64,000 bases of DNA from Blasia pusilla (taxonomy: Eukaryota). The stretch spans positions 20,584,001-20,648,000 of the forward strand of contig CM114271.1 in the NCBI GenBank assembly GCA_050084515.1, given 5' to 3'. This document shows, piece after piece, positions 53,455 to 64,000 of the stretch. Within the stretch, counting starts at the first letter, position 1; every line of letters starts with the position of its first letter. The translations under genes and the position numbers were made by a program. The notes below the pieces were generated by a model. The model was not told the DNA's origin and searched no databases. It worked only from the letters and a program-made list of their open reading frames with translations.

Positions 53455-54500
53455 ACTAAATGAACAAACTATATGATTAATAGGTTAAAGTAAATTTGAC
53501 AAGAACGTTAGTGGTTGGTCAAACATGAATTGACGACAAGGTGAGAAACCCCAAACCACTTCCACTTAATTTATGAATGTCAAATCTTGTCCACGTTGTA
53601 AGGCCACCAAGATACATTATTGAAAGTAAATAGTGACTATAGAGAGAGAAGCACTACGAGAAGGATTAAGGTAATGATTCTCGAGGAAGTGGTGAGCATA
53701 TGTTTCTAGGAAATTATTGAAAGACACAAATAAGTGCCCAAATGCTTCCACTACAAAAGAAATAAATCCATCAGTCACATGTCTCGCAACATAACTTAAC
53801 TCCTTGGTTTTTTTTGCTGCTTCGGACACCAAAATTTTAGTATGTGTAGCTCGAGACACCAAGTCAGAATGTATTAGATTAGAAATCACCATATCACCCA
53901 ATATTTAGAATCCACCTCGAGATATAACAAGATCATTCTTCGACAAGAGGTTGCTTGTATAGTTGAAGGTAGGATAGAGAGTTACTCTTGCCCAACAATA
54001 TACCCTGCAATACATGCCACCAATGCCATCGTCTCTCTAATCATATCTTGTGTGGTTGTTCTTTCTCCACCATGTGCACATTGGAGAATATGGATACCCT
54101 TTGCATCAATGGGTTCTTCGTATATAAAATTCATCACACCTAACAGAGAAGGATGCGGAAGTCCAAGGAATAATCACAAAGCTATCAAGAGTACATTTCA
54201 AGGAAGACATAATGGAAGAATAAGAGGATTTGAAGTAAGCCATGCCCCCGCTCTTGTACCTATACATGAATGCAAGCGAGCTCAATGAGTGTTAGAGGAT
54301 GTCTCCGAGATAATACTGGTAAATTTGATGTGGTACAAATTTTCACATATATGCTCTTGAAGTGGATTGAGCCCTTTGGATATCAATTGATTGAAATGGG
54401 ATAGAATTGCTTATGTAGGGAGAGGAAGAAAACCTTGGGTTCAGTTGCTATTGGAATAAAAGATCTCTCTCCTCTACATAAGCAACATGATCCATTATTG
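53455..54500 (-). mobile_element. Second, more decayed copy of the CRE-like element (RLE/C-terminal part), in inverted orientation
   Basis: ORF 53617-53901 (GDMVISNLIHSDLVSRATHTKILVSEAAKKTKELSYVARHVTDGFISFVVEAF...) aligns residue by residue with the C-terminal half of ORF 50699-51376. Nucleotide similarity to ~50355-51378 is visible along the whole interval. Confidence 0.85.
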
Positions 54501-56453
54501 ATAATGTTACGATTCAATATAACAACCTCTTATGATTTAATAAGAGGAAAAACTTCAAGGCATAAACATGGATGGTGAAATTTTGACAAAATATGGACAA
54601 ACTTTTCAATGATTGAAGGTGTTTTTTTGCACTTTCCTACATTCAAATACATTGAAATAAGAGGATAGAAACAACACTTGAAAATTTCTTCATAAATATA
54701 GAAATATAGAAACTTGCATTTCTGTTCTACGCTCGGGAAGAAGTGGCATTCTTTTTCAAAGAAACCGATGAAGAACTTGTGATTTCCAATTCCAATCCGA
54801 AAGTTTAGGTTTATTTCCAACGTGAAAATTGGGCATTTTTTGTTAAATTAAAAAAAAATCCATCAAAATTGGAAATTTTCTCTCATAACTTTCAAAGTTC
54901 TCAAAAAACCAAGTACTCACGGAACCGGCCCTTTTCCCCACCCCCTCAATAAGGCACATGTTTCTAAAAATACTTATAAAGTGTTAAAAATATACAATCT
55001 GTAACACTAGATGTGTGTAGACGTTAGACAAGGCTACAAACTTCCATTTAAAAACTCTTAAATATCCTGTAAATTCTGTTAGAGTTTTCCTACCACAATT
55101 CTTAGAATACAAACTCGTGCGGTCATGGATATCGTACCCTCAGCCGCCACACCTTACCGGATCGAAACCAAAAGACACTGGTGGTTTTTTAAAGCAACGA
55201 TGCCCTCTAAAGTTGGAGACACCTACAAAGGCTCCAAGTCTACAGTAGCCGAGCCCACCAACTGAGCTATCGTCCGCGTGCCTACTAGCTGCTGCGCAGC
55301 GCAAGTCGGAGGGTAGTCCACGCAGCGGCGGGCACATGTTTTTCTCGACTTTCTTGTTTTCCTCATCCCTCCAGCACGTGCGGAAGGGGGGCTTCCCTTG
55401 GGCGTGTGCCGATAACGACGAGTGATCGGGAGGAGAGTATTGGCTCTCCTCCCGATCTACACGAGGATTGTCGGCGTCTCTTTTGATCGGAGTGCACCGC
55501 TCCGGGTACCCGTGTGCACTCCGGACACGTGAACTCTTGTGCGAATTCAAATAAAAAGTGGACGGAATTCGTGGAAAAGGCACGTATCGTATTCCACTTT
55601 TGAATTCCGCAAATTTTCTCACGCTTTAGGGTTGCTCGTATGATCTTCTAGTAAGTGTGAATTCTCATTCCCATTAATTAGAGTCTTATTATGTTCATAA
55701 TAAAGATGTTGTTTACCTTTACCTTTGAAGTTTCCTTCATATGGTTGTCATTCTAGCATTACATGTAAGGAGTGTGGGATGGAATGTTGAGCATTTGACA
55801 TTCCTTCTTTCCATTTGTTCCATGCATGGGATTTTGGTCTAACTGCAATAAATATAGTGAAGACATATTAGGGTTGAATTGGATAGTGGAACCATATTGT
55901 CCCCACATCATACATACCTATGCAATATAAAGTGGAATACCGCCATTATTCCCAACATATGATTATATCCCCCAAAAAAGAGTACAAATAAATCTCATTC
56001 TACTACGTAAAGCTTCCATCTAAGAGGAGAGACACCGTCCCTCTTCCGTGAAGAATTGTGTGATGTTAACAAGATGTAGATGTTGAAGTGTAGTTTATAG
56101 TCATTAGAATCCAAAATTAATCTTAGGTCAGTTTTGGTTGATATAAGAAGAAGGAGAAAGGTTGTTTTCAACCAACCAAATCAGCCATTTTTATGCTTGA
56201 TTTCTTTTTTAAATATCACTTCTCATGAGAAATTTTCAGATTTTCAATCTAATGCTTTTCAACTTCTTAAAAGCACCATACTGTGAATTTTATATCTCAA
56301 CTATGTTTATCCTATCACTCTGAATAGTCCTTTAATAATACTTATATCCACATGTTTTTGTGGATCCATCTCCTTTACATGCCCTCTTTGCATGCAATAT
56401 TCTTTTACCGAAATCAACCACGTTGCGAATAGCTAAGTCTATGGTGCCTACGC

Positions 56454-58278
56454 TGTCGGGGACTCATGAAGCGAATCATGATCGCAGGTCCAAAGAGGGA
56501 AGACCTAGATTTGATCCACCAAAGTCAAAACCTAGACTAGCCAGTCGCAAGACTAAGAAGGGCAACGAAACCAATCGTAGGACTAACCCTAGGCGAAATG
56601 CACACAAAATGTGTTAGGGGAGCGGAGAGTTGCATAATCTAATAGAAGCCTCCACCGAGCCATCTTGATGGTTAACTAGTAAAACGCATGTCCACGGGTC
56701 GCAAAAAATGTTTGGATTGAGGGCCAGAATCAAGGGCTTGAGGGGGAGAGTGGCAAATGTACTTCTAGGGTTTCCTCGAAGAACCCTAGAAGTACCTATA
56801 GAGGGGGAACACTCTCCCTCTCTACCTGCTCAAGTCCTTCAACCAAGAATCAGCCGTGATGTGTGTTTGACCATATTTTAGGTTTGAGCGAGAGAACGCA
56901 CCTTGAAGAATTAGCCGACACACTCTGGTTTAGGCAAGTACCTTGTGGAGATTGGTCAAAGCTTTAAGAAGAGGCTTACCAGAGAGACGTTACTCACTTG
57001 GGGAGGCCTAGCCCCATTAGCGCTTGGCAGATTCTTGACTACCTACGGAACGCGCAACCAGTTGACTCTTTGGGATTCAATCTAAGTCTTTTGCTTGCAA
57101 AGTTCAAGGTCATGAGTGCTTAAGGGTAAAGCTAGGTGAAGTAGAGATTAGAATCTACGATAAAGTCCCATTGTAAATTGCATCACCAACATTTCATATT
57201 GGAGCAAGATAAAGCTAAAAGTGGAATCATGGGAAGATTTCACTTATGAGATATGATAAAATGACCAGCCTCACTCATCATGTGAGCTCCCAACCTTCTT
57301 CAAATATGTTGGACCTACTCTCTTAAACGTTAATCTCATGCGGTGTGGAAGCTTGCATTTAGTTGGACACACACATACTGATGATCTACACCCAAACACA
57401 TTATATTAGTCTTGGTTTGAGTCTATCAGCCTTACATTTCGCCAAGTTCCTAATTCGGGATATCCATCAAGCTCAAAAATTCCTAACCCATCACTTCCCA
57501 ACACATACAAGTCTTTCTTGACTTGGGACAGATTTCCTAAATAGTCTAGACACTTAAAATGGCGCTCGCGCATGTGGCGGCTCTAAATGTCCAATGACTC
57601 TCGAATGAGTCTCTAACCAAGATCCAAGATATGAGTCACGCGTCGAGGTCCAAGGTTGACATCCAGAATTTTCTCCCTTGGACTTGGCTTAGTGTGTACA
57701 CTTCAAAGTTAACGTCCCGATCCATTTCGTGCTCTAAGTTCGTCCCTCGGCTCCCCAAAGTAGAGTTAAGGTTCCAAGTATCCCTTGGAGACACTCCCCC
57801 TTATCATAGTTCTAGAGATCTCCATACCCTCCACACCTTTGGTAAAGTATTCTTGAGCCACTTCTTTTGGCCCGTAGCCCAACTACCAATCTAATAGTTT
57901 AGGGATTGTTTCTCGATCTTTGTTCATACCTTTGTCTAGATCTTTGGTGCGTGGAATCTTCTTCGCATAAGATTTCCAATGTCATCTCAATCATCCCAAA
58001 CAAACCTTGGGTTTGGTCGTTATGACCTTAAACACCAAAAAAAACCCTCAAACACTAGTGAAGTTCCAAGTCCCCTTGGCCCCCAAGATTTGAGCTCCTC
58101 TCAAGTCTTGCTTCACGTGTAGTCTTGGTTTATTGGGTCACGACAATCATCACTTGAAACGCCTAACCTTGCTCGCGTCGCCCCTTAAAAGCTCTCTCCG
58201 ACGCACATCCATCCTAGTGTGAACCTACTAGAGTTTTGATGTTCCTCATCGGCACACGTGGCTATAAGGGTCACGACA
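56454..58278 (+). mobile_element. Probable Gypsy-type solo LTR or LTR fragments
   Basis: Begins TGTCGGGGAC and ends GGGTCACGACA (at 58145 and again at 58278), giving TG...CA with short imperfect inverted termini. An internal CTATAGA box is followed by a CT-rich tract (~56796-56825). No coding capacity, and no matching TSD found. Confidence 0.45.
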
Positions 58279-59408
58279 TCAAATCTCACACCCTTGCGTA
58301 TACCAATATATCTTGTTAAACTTATAATACAATGTCCATCAGGATGGACCATGAAAAGAAAATTTTCTTTTCATTCAAAGCGGCCTTTGAGTCAGCTCTC
58401 CGATGCAATACTTTGACATATTTCTTAAAACTTTGAAGGTGGTAACAAAATTTGCCATTCTTGCCTTTTTTATGTAAATTTAACGAAGAAAGCCCATCAC
58501 CGGAGTTTAATGTGGAGTGATAGATATGGCATAAGAAATCATCGGGGGAAGGAGTGGCTGGTGAGGCGTTCAGGCACTGACTCGCAGGTATAACACAACC
58601 AGACCTCCATTGAGTCGATTCCGACTGTGCTTGACGGAAACAACGAGCAGAAATGTTGTTGCTGGGGTTCGACTTTCGAATTCCTTCGGCCGTGCACGTT
58701 TGCAAGAAAAGCTCCGCTGCACCTGAAAGAGCGGGATGTAACAGTACAACACATGTCGATTCTGTGTAGCAAGATTTTCTCACAGATTCAATGTGATGCG
58801 GAATGTGTTGGTTGGTGATCATGCGCTTAGTCGTCCGAGATGTTCTACGATGTACAGAAATCGTGATTCAGCACTGTCATTGCATTGTTTTGCTTTTGTT
58901 TTCTAGTTCTCTAAGATATCTGCGAGTACGTTGTTTTAACCTCAAGGGAAGGGAATCAGATTTGCGGATCTTGATCTTAGGAGTGCGTCGAGCGCGATGA
59001 TTGCATGAATTGGCCTGTGCAGGATATTTATGACGAGATGGTCTGGAGATTTCTAACCCTTTCGGAGAGCCCCGAAGAGTCTGCATCACTTGGGCGATGT
59101 CCGAATGTACGAAACCACTCCGGAAGTTTAAGAGCCTCTAGAACTATGATTGCTCCAGGTTCTCACAATATTGTCCTCTTTCCTAAGCCCCTAACGTCTG
59201 CAGCATGTCACAAGACGCATTTGTAATTTTGTTGAACTATTGAAGCACAAAATCAAGCGTGGGGTAGGGGATTGCCTAGAAGCGGTCCTTGACTGTACAA
59301 GCTTGTCCTCGTCTCTCTAGAAGGAAGCACGGAGAGATGCATGACAGAGAGGACGAGTTGTAATGACCGCTGCATGAAGTCTCTAGCAACTAGCTCGCGA
59401 TCCCTGGT

Positions 59409-59643
59409 TGGTTGTCGTGTGACAAGTTCTTATTGAGACCAAGAGTTGGAAGCAAACACAAAAGACCTGGTATTTTTGTTCATGGTGGTTGTCGAGTGAC
59501 AAGTTCTTGTTGAGACCAAGAGTTGGAAGCAAACACCAAAGACTTCGTATTTTTGTTCTTGTGGTTGTCGTGTGACAAGTTCTTATTGAGACCAAGAGTT
59601 GGAAGCAAACACAAAAGACTTCGTATTATTGTTCTTGTGGTTG
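59409..59643. repeat. Tandem repeat with a 76-77-bp unit, three full copies plus a short partial copy
   Basis: Units start at 59409, 59486, 59562 and 59638. Unit sequence: TGGTTGTCGTGTGACAAGTTCTTATTGAGACCAAGAGTTGGAAGCAAACACAAAAGACTTCGTATTTTTGTTCTTG, with a few substitutions between copies. Confidence 0.95.
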
Positions 59644-61429
59644 ACGGATGTTGAAAGGGGGTCTTTGGGAAACCTTAAAAACAAGCGAACGTTCAGCATT
59701 CCTCTTGCGGACAATAAATGAGCATTCCTTCATTTTGGCGGTGGCAATAAATGCAAGACCGCGGCTTTCTATGGGCTTTTGTGAAGAGGTCCAAATACTC
59801 AAAAGGTCCATAAGAAAATTCTTTTGGACCTTTTGAGTATTTTGCTTTAGCTTGCTATTTGTAATAACCCCGTGTGATTCATTAATTGTATAGATAGCCC
59901 ATGGATATAAGGAGAATAATGTCCATGGGGGTTGAGAGCACAAATATAGCACAATGGATTTGGCTCTTAGAGTACCTTTGTCCACGTGACTTATTCGCAA
60001 GTTAGAAATCCTATGGTAACTCGGATACGCACGTAAGTAATCCGCGGCTATCTTTGGGTTGTCCCTTTTCGGAGTCCTTGAGGGTACGGAAGGAGGGGAG
60101 AGACTATAGCAATATCAACTTTCTTTCTCCGGGGAGGGAGAAGGGGGTTATTTGTTGAGCTGGCCGGAAGAATTTGAAAATTTTTGATTCAATTTGTCAC
60201 TTATCGGCCAAAAACCGAGGGTTCAGGGAGGGTGTCCTTTGTATTTGTATCTGTTTAGCCGGTCGGAATGACAAAATCTTCAAAAATTTCCTGAAATGAC
60301 CGGAAATGTACCGGTTGTCACGAAAAGACTCCCCGGACCCTGCTTGGGAGCACGCCAGAATATCGGAGAGCGAGGGCTATCCGATAAATCTGGCGTAAAA
60401 AGTGTAACATCCCCCTATAGGAGTCCAAGGCAGAGTATTGATATCGTAAGACATGACTGGTTTAGTAGAGGTCGGTTGGGGAGGTGCCATTGGTTTTTCC
60501 CTGAAGGAAATACGAGTGGCCTGTTGAAAGCTAACTAAGTTGGCAATGTCCATACGAAACCAATGGCGACAGCATTCTTATTTTCTGAGAAGAAAGTAAG
60601 ATCGAAATCTCCTTCAAAAGAGGACAAAGAAAGGTAATGATAGTAGAGAAGACTAAGGTGGAGACAATTGTACACTTGCAACAAAAGCTATGTTGGTGGT
60701 GGAATCGAGTGGCAAAAACCCAAGAGACAAGGAGTGAAGCAAAGGGTACGAGTACGAGCTAGAAACTAGTACGTCAAGGCGCCATCTAGCGGCACCGTCA
60801 CTTAAGATTTTTCCTCATCATTGATGCCTCAACATCTCCGCTTCACCCTTCCTTTTCGCCACTCACGGCCATGACCAATTTAATTATTTAAATAAGAAAA
60901 AAATCTGCCATGGCCTCCACTGTAGATCGCTCGAACAGTGGATTTCACTAAAAATCTTACAACCGTTTCCCCTCTGCCTCCCCAAGCCAATATCGGCTAA
61001 AAATAACAATTCTTTTGCCACACGCTCTCCCCTAGAAAATTTAACTCTTCCTTGCAAATTCCCAAAGCTCCGCTTTCTTTGGCCCCATTAGAAATTACAT
61101 CGCTTGCTAAAGGCAGAAATTGTGGGTAGATTCCAGAATGTTATATTGTCTTTGTGGAGCACCAATGGGCAGCCCGTGAAGAGACTAATTGTGTTGCACA
61201 ATTATTTTTCTTGCTGCCCATAAAGTGAAAAATATTTTCTTTCCCGTATATGTCAAGCGGTTTAGATAATAATATAGAGGGTAACGCATTTACACCACCC
61301 ATCTCGCATTGTGTGTAACCATAGAAGTCGCATTGTGCGTAACCATAGAAATCTAACCATCCATTGGATATGATGCTAGACATCCTAACTCACAACCTAA
61401 GCTCGGTCAAAGGTACCAATATGGTTAAG

Positions 61430-62330
61430 TCATGAGAAGGGCCAAAAGAGTCTCCCTACACACTTTTTGAGATTTCCAAAGGATTTAGCTATCCGCCAAG
61501 TATTTGTTCTTGAACAACTCTCTATGGTATTCACCCAGACGGGGATTAAGATTCCATCTTGGTGTGGTAGAAACTCATGGTGACTTTGATAAATCTCATA
61601 GTTTATCTCATCATCGTCTTGGCTACCAAAACAATTCTTATAAGAGATGCATTTGATGTTTTCTATCCTCAATAGAAGGGTGAGGATAAGACCTCTCAAT
61701 TAGAAGTATGGTCATGTAGCAAGTTTGTTACATATTTTTCTTCGGGTTTTTGAGGTGCAGGTTAGAGGACATGAAGCTTCAAACCTGCTCTCTTTTTAAA
61801 TAGTTTTATATCTTAAACTTTCTATTTGACGAAAGAAGACAGTGCGCTCTTTCCTTAGGCTAAGACCATGCGCAATAGCATCACCAGCCAACTTTGGACA
61901 CCCATTTAACAGTGTGACAATCTCAAGAAGTTGAAGAAGACCTTTCCATCGAACTCGTTATCACATATTCTCTACTTTCTGCAAAGGTAATAAAAGACCT
62001 GAATAACAGGAGATGGGAGAGCCCATCAGGAATACAAAGAGTGGTGCTCAAGAGTTGAGAACATGAGGGCCACACCCGGCAAAAAAGGATACCTTCTTCT
62101 CCTTGTCCCAAGTACTTAGGATCTGTTCTTGCAACACTCCTCTATATGTGGATGGTAGTGTGATCCTTATCGACCTGGCCTACCCGGATCACCTCATCGC
62201 AGTTTATCTTTGTAAATCATTTCTTCTCTAAATGAGAATGATTATCTCCTCCCATCCACATAAGCCAAGCCCATTTCCACGGAAACTCCATTACTAAAAC
62301 GGAGCCAAGACGAGATTCTGGAGTATAAAT
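61430..62330 (-). mobile_element. Possible very old plant L1 C-terminal/RNase H-like remnant
   Basis: KINCD followed after a frameshift by GDPGRPG (~62170-62212) resembles the K.N.DGA.RGNPG.AG motif of plant L1 RNase H. LFKNKYL...ILWKS occurs near 61500. Weak, short matches only. Confidence 0.25.
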
Positions 62331-63258
62331 AAAGAACTAATGCTTTGAAATCCCTTTTGAAGCAAGTGCTCACAAACAGTAATCTACTCTAAATCTTGAG
62401 TACTACTGGACAGAACTGCTTCTAATCACCAGCTCTTTGCCCTCATTTTTAGAGACCTGACAATAGAGCTGGGATGGGGACTGTGGGGGGTAAAAGAGTA
62501 TTTCCCAAGGGTCACTCCCAAGAGTACAGGAGGATAAGGACCATATGTCCAGGACTCTCATGGTCAATGCATAACTACAATTGGCCGTCTGCTGATCGGT
62601 ACTGGACTAGATAGTGAGAGAAACTGGAGAAGGATAGTGGTTGCATCAACTGGTATGATCAAACCTCGGAACAGAATAAACATGTCCCCAGAATATGTTT
62701 CATGCGATAATTGCAAGGGCAGGTGATCCATTAGAATAAGCTTGATCAACCACCAGCATTACTCTGACATATACAGGAAACAAGCGTACAACAGGAAGAG
62801 CCTTGAATCAAATATTTTGTGGCCATGGCATCAAGATTCTCTGCTCAGAATGGAAGTTACTTTATCTATGATATGATTCTGCAAGAAATCATTCAAAAGA
62901 TTCTTGGGACAGTTACCCACCTTCATCCCGAAAGGATAAGCCCAAGAGAACTTCCAATCACTGGAGTGCCTACGCCTAACTCAACATACCACCTGTTCTC
63001 ATATCTGCAAAGATTGTCTCTAAGTTTTCTACACGCAACTAAGAGGTCCTCATGTTACTGCATCTAAGGAAACCTGTGCGCACTCTTCCCGAAGAATTTC
63101 TACATATTCCAGGCTCAGTGATAGGATTCCTGACTCACATGGCTTGCACATGCATGGAAAAATGCAAGAGAAGCTTATATCACAAGACAAAGGAAACATT
63201 GCTTATCCAGATTATGTCTAATCACATTATTTTGAAGGAAATGGTTGTACTCTACAAA

Positions 63259-63512
63259 TTATATCTGGGGCTTGTTATCCTTTGTAGTATCCTCCTTCCA
63301 GGAAGCTTGCCATTGCTTGTCATAGAAGGTTGATTCCTTGGCCAATTCTTTCAGTGTAGAAAGATCTTCATTCTTTCGGATCAGTAGAACTCCCACAATT
63401 GTGATGAAAAGCAGCAACTTGCCAAAGAAACTACTTTGTTGATCCACAAGGCCAACCCCAGTGGCACTATCCACCAGATACCCGGCCACATACCCAATCA
63501 TAGCTGCACGAC
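63259..63512 (-). CDS. LIL3: Last coding exon of light-harvesting-like protein 3 (LIL3/SEP3); upstream exons not found in the window
   Basis: Acceptor aacag|GT CGT at 63512. Translation [50 protein letters not shown]...[13 protein letters not shown] matches the LIL3 LHC motif (ELLN)GRAAMIG and the RKNED..YDKQWQA tail. Confidence 0.9.
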
Positions 63513-64000
63513 CTGTTCCGCCGGGAGCCGAACACCACAACCACGAGACAGCAATAGTCAGGATGATTAATAGCACTAGTGTATCTAAAAACAGCAATCA
63601 TGTTGATTCCTGTGGACAGACAGACTAGTGCTCAAGCTTTCTCTGCTTGCTTCTTGTGCAGAGAAGACAATCTCCAACAATCCTAAAAAGCTCATACCCG
63701 ACATGGATAGGGAAGAAAGTTTTCATGAGATTGCAGAGCACAACTCACACGCTCCAAAGCATATGAAATCAGAAAGCTAATGATCTCTAGCTTCACGAAA
63801 TGTTAGGGTGGTACTCAGGGTAGGTGGTGATGAACGTCTTCAACACATCCATGGATATGCAGTTTGGCGTAAGTGGATACTTCATAATTTCAGATTTTCC
63901 CATATTTCTCACCCAGGACTCCCACAGTCTGTCCGACTAAGACACCCTATTCAAAGACAAGTTCAACTTATTTAAAAAGCCATTCGCTCTTAAATGTTGA

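Noticed and set aside
59409..59643. Repeat array as a possible CRISPR
   Set aside because: The units are contiguous near-identical 76-mers with no unique spacers, there are no cas genes, and the context is eukaryotic.
63513..63597. Hydrophobic signal-like N-terminus of the 112-aa ORF
   Set aside because: Intron sequence upstream of the LIL3 acceptor at 63512; the expected ELLN-encoding exon is not seen in the window.

Overview
Eukaryotic land-plant nuclear DNA. The intron-containing genes and the TE families present suggest a non-seed plant, but that is inference. Four spliced host genes can be reconstructed from GT-AG boundaries. (1) A CTL/MBR-type RING-H2 E3 ligase with a 2.3-kb Ser/Gly-rich first coding exon (+, 7594-11131). 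(2) A FRO6/7-type ferric reduction oxidase (-, 32872-38202) with two clear, and probably a third, 1-nt frameshifts. (3) An intact 9-exon 13S-type lipoxygenase with a plastid-like N-terminal extension (-, 42894-48317). (4) The last exon of LIL3 (-, 63259-63512). The intergenic space is mostly decayed TEs: LINE and Copia scraps, a ZNF862-like hAT transposase, a full-length decayed Helitron RepHel plus a family of about 220-330 bp mini-Helitrons, a hAT MITE with an 8-bp TSD, two oppositely oriented copies of a CRE-like (RLE-endonuclease) non-LTR retrotransposon upstream of the LOX gene, a probable solo LTR and a 76-bp tandem repeat. I found no rRNA, tRNA or CRISPR array, and no convincing new multi-gene system. 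The best leads are the FRO frameshifts, the CRE-like inverted pair, the mini-Helitron family and an unexplained 3.3-kb gene-like island at about 16.9-20.2 kb.
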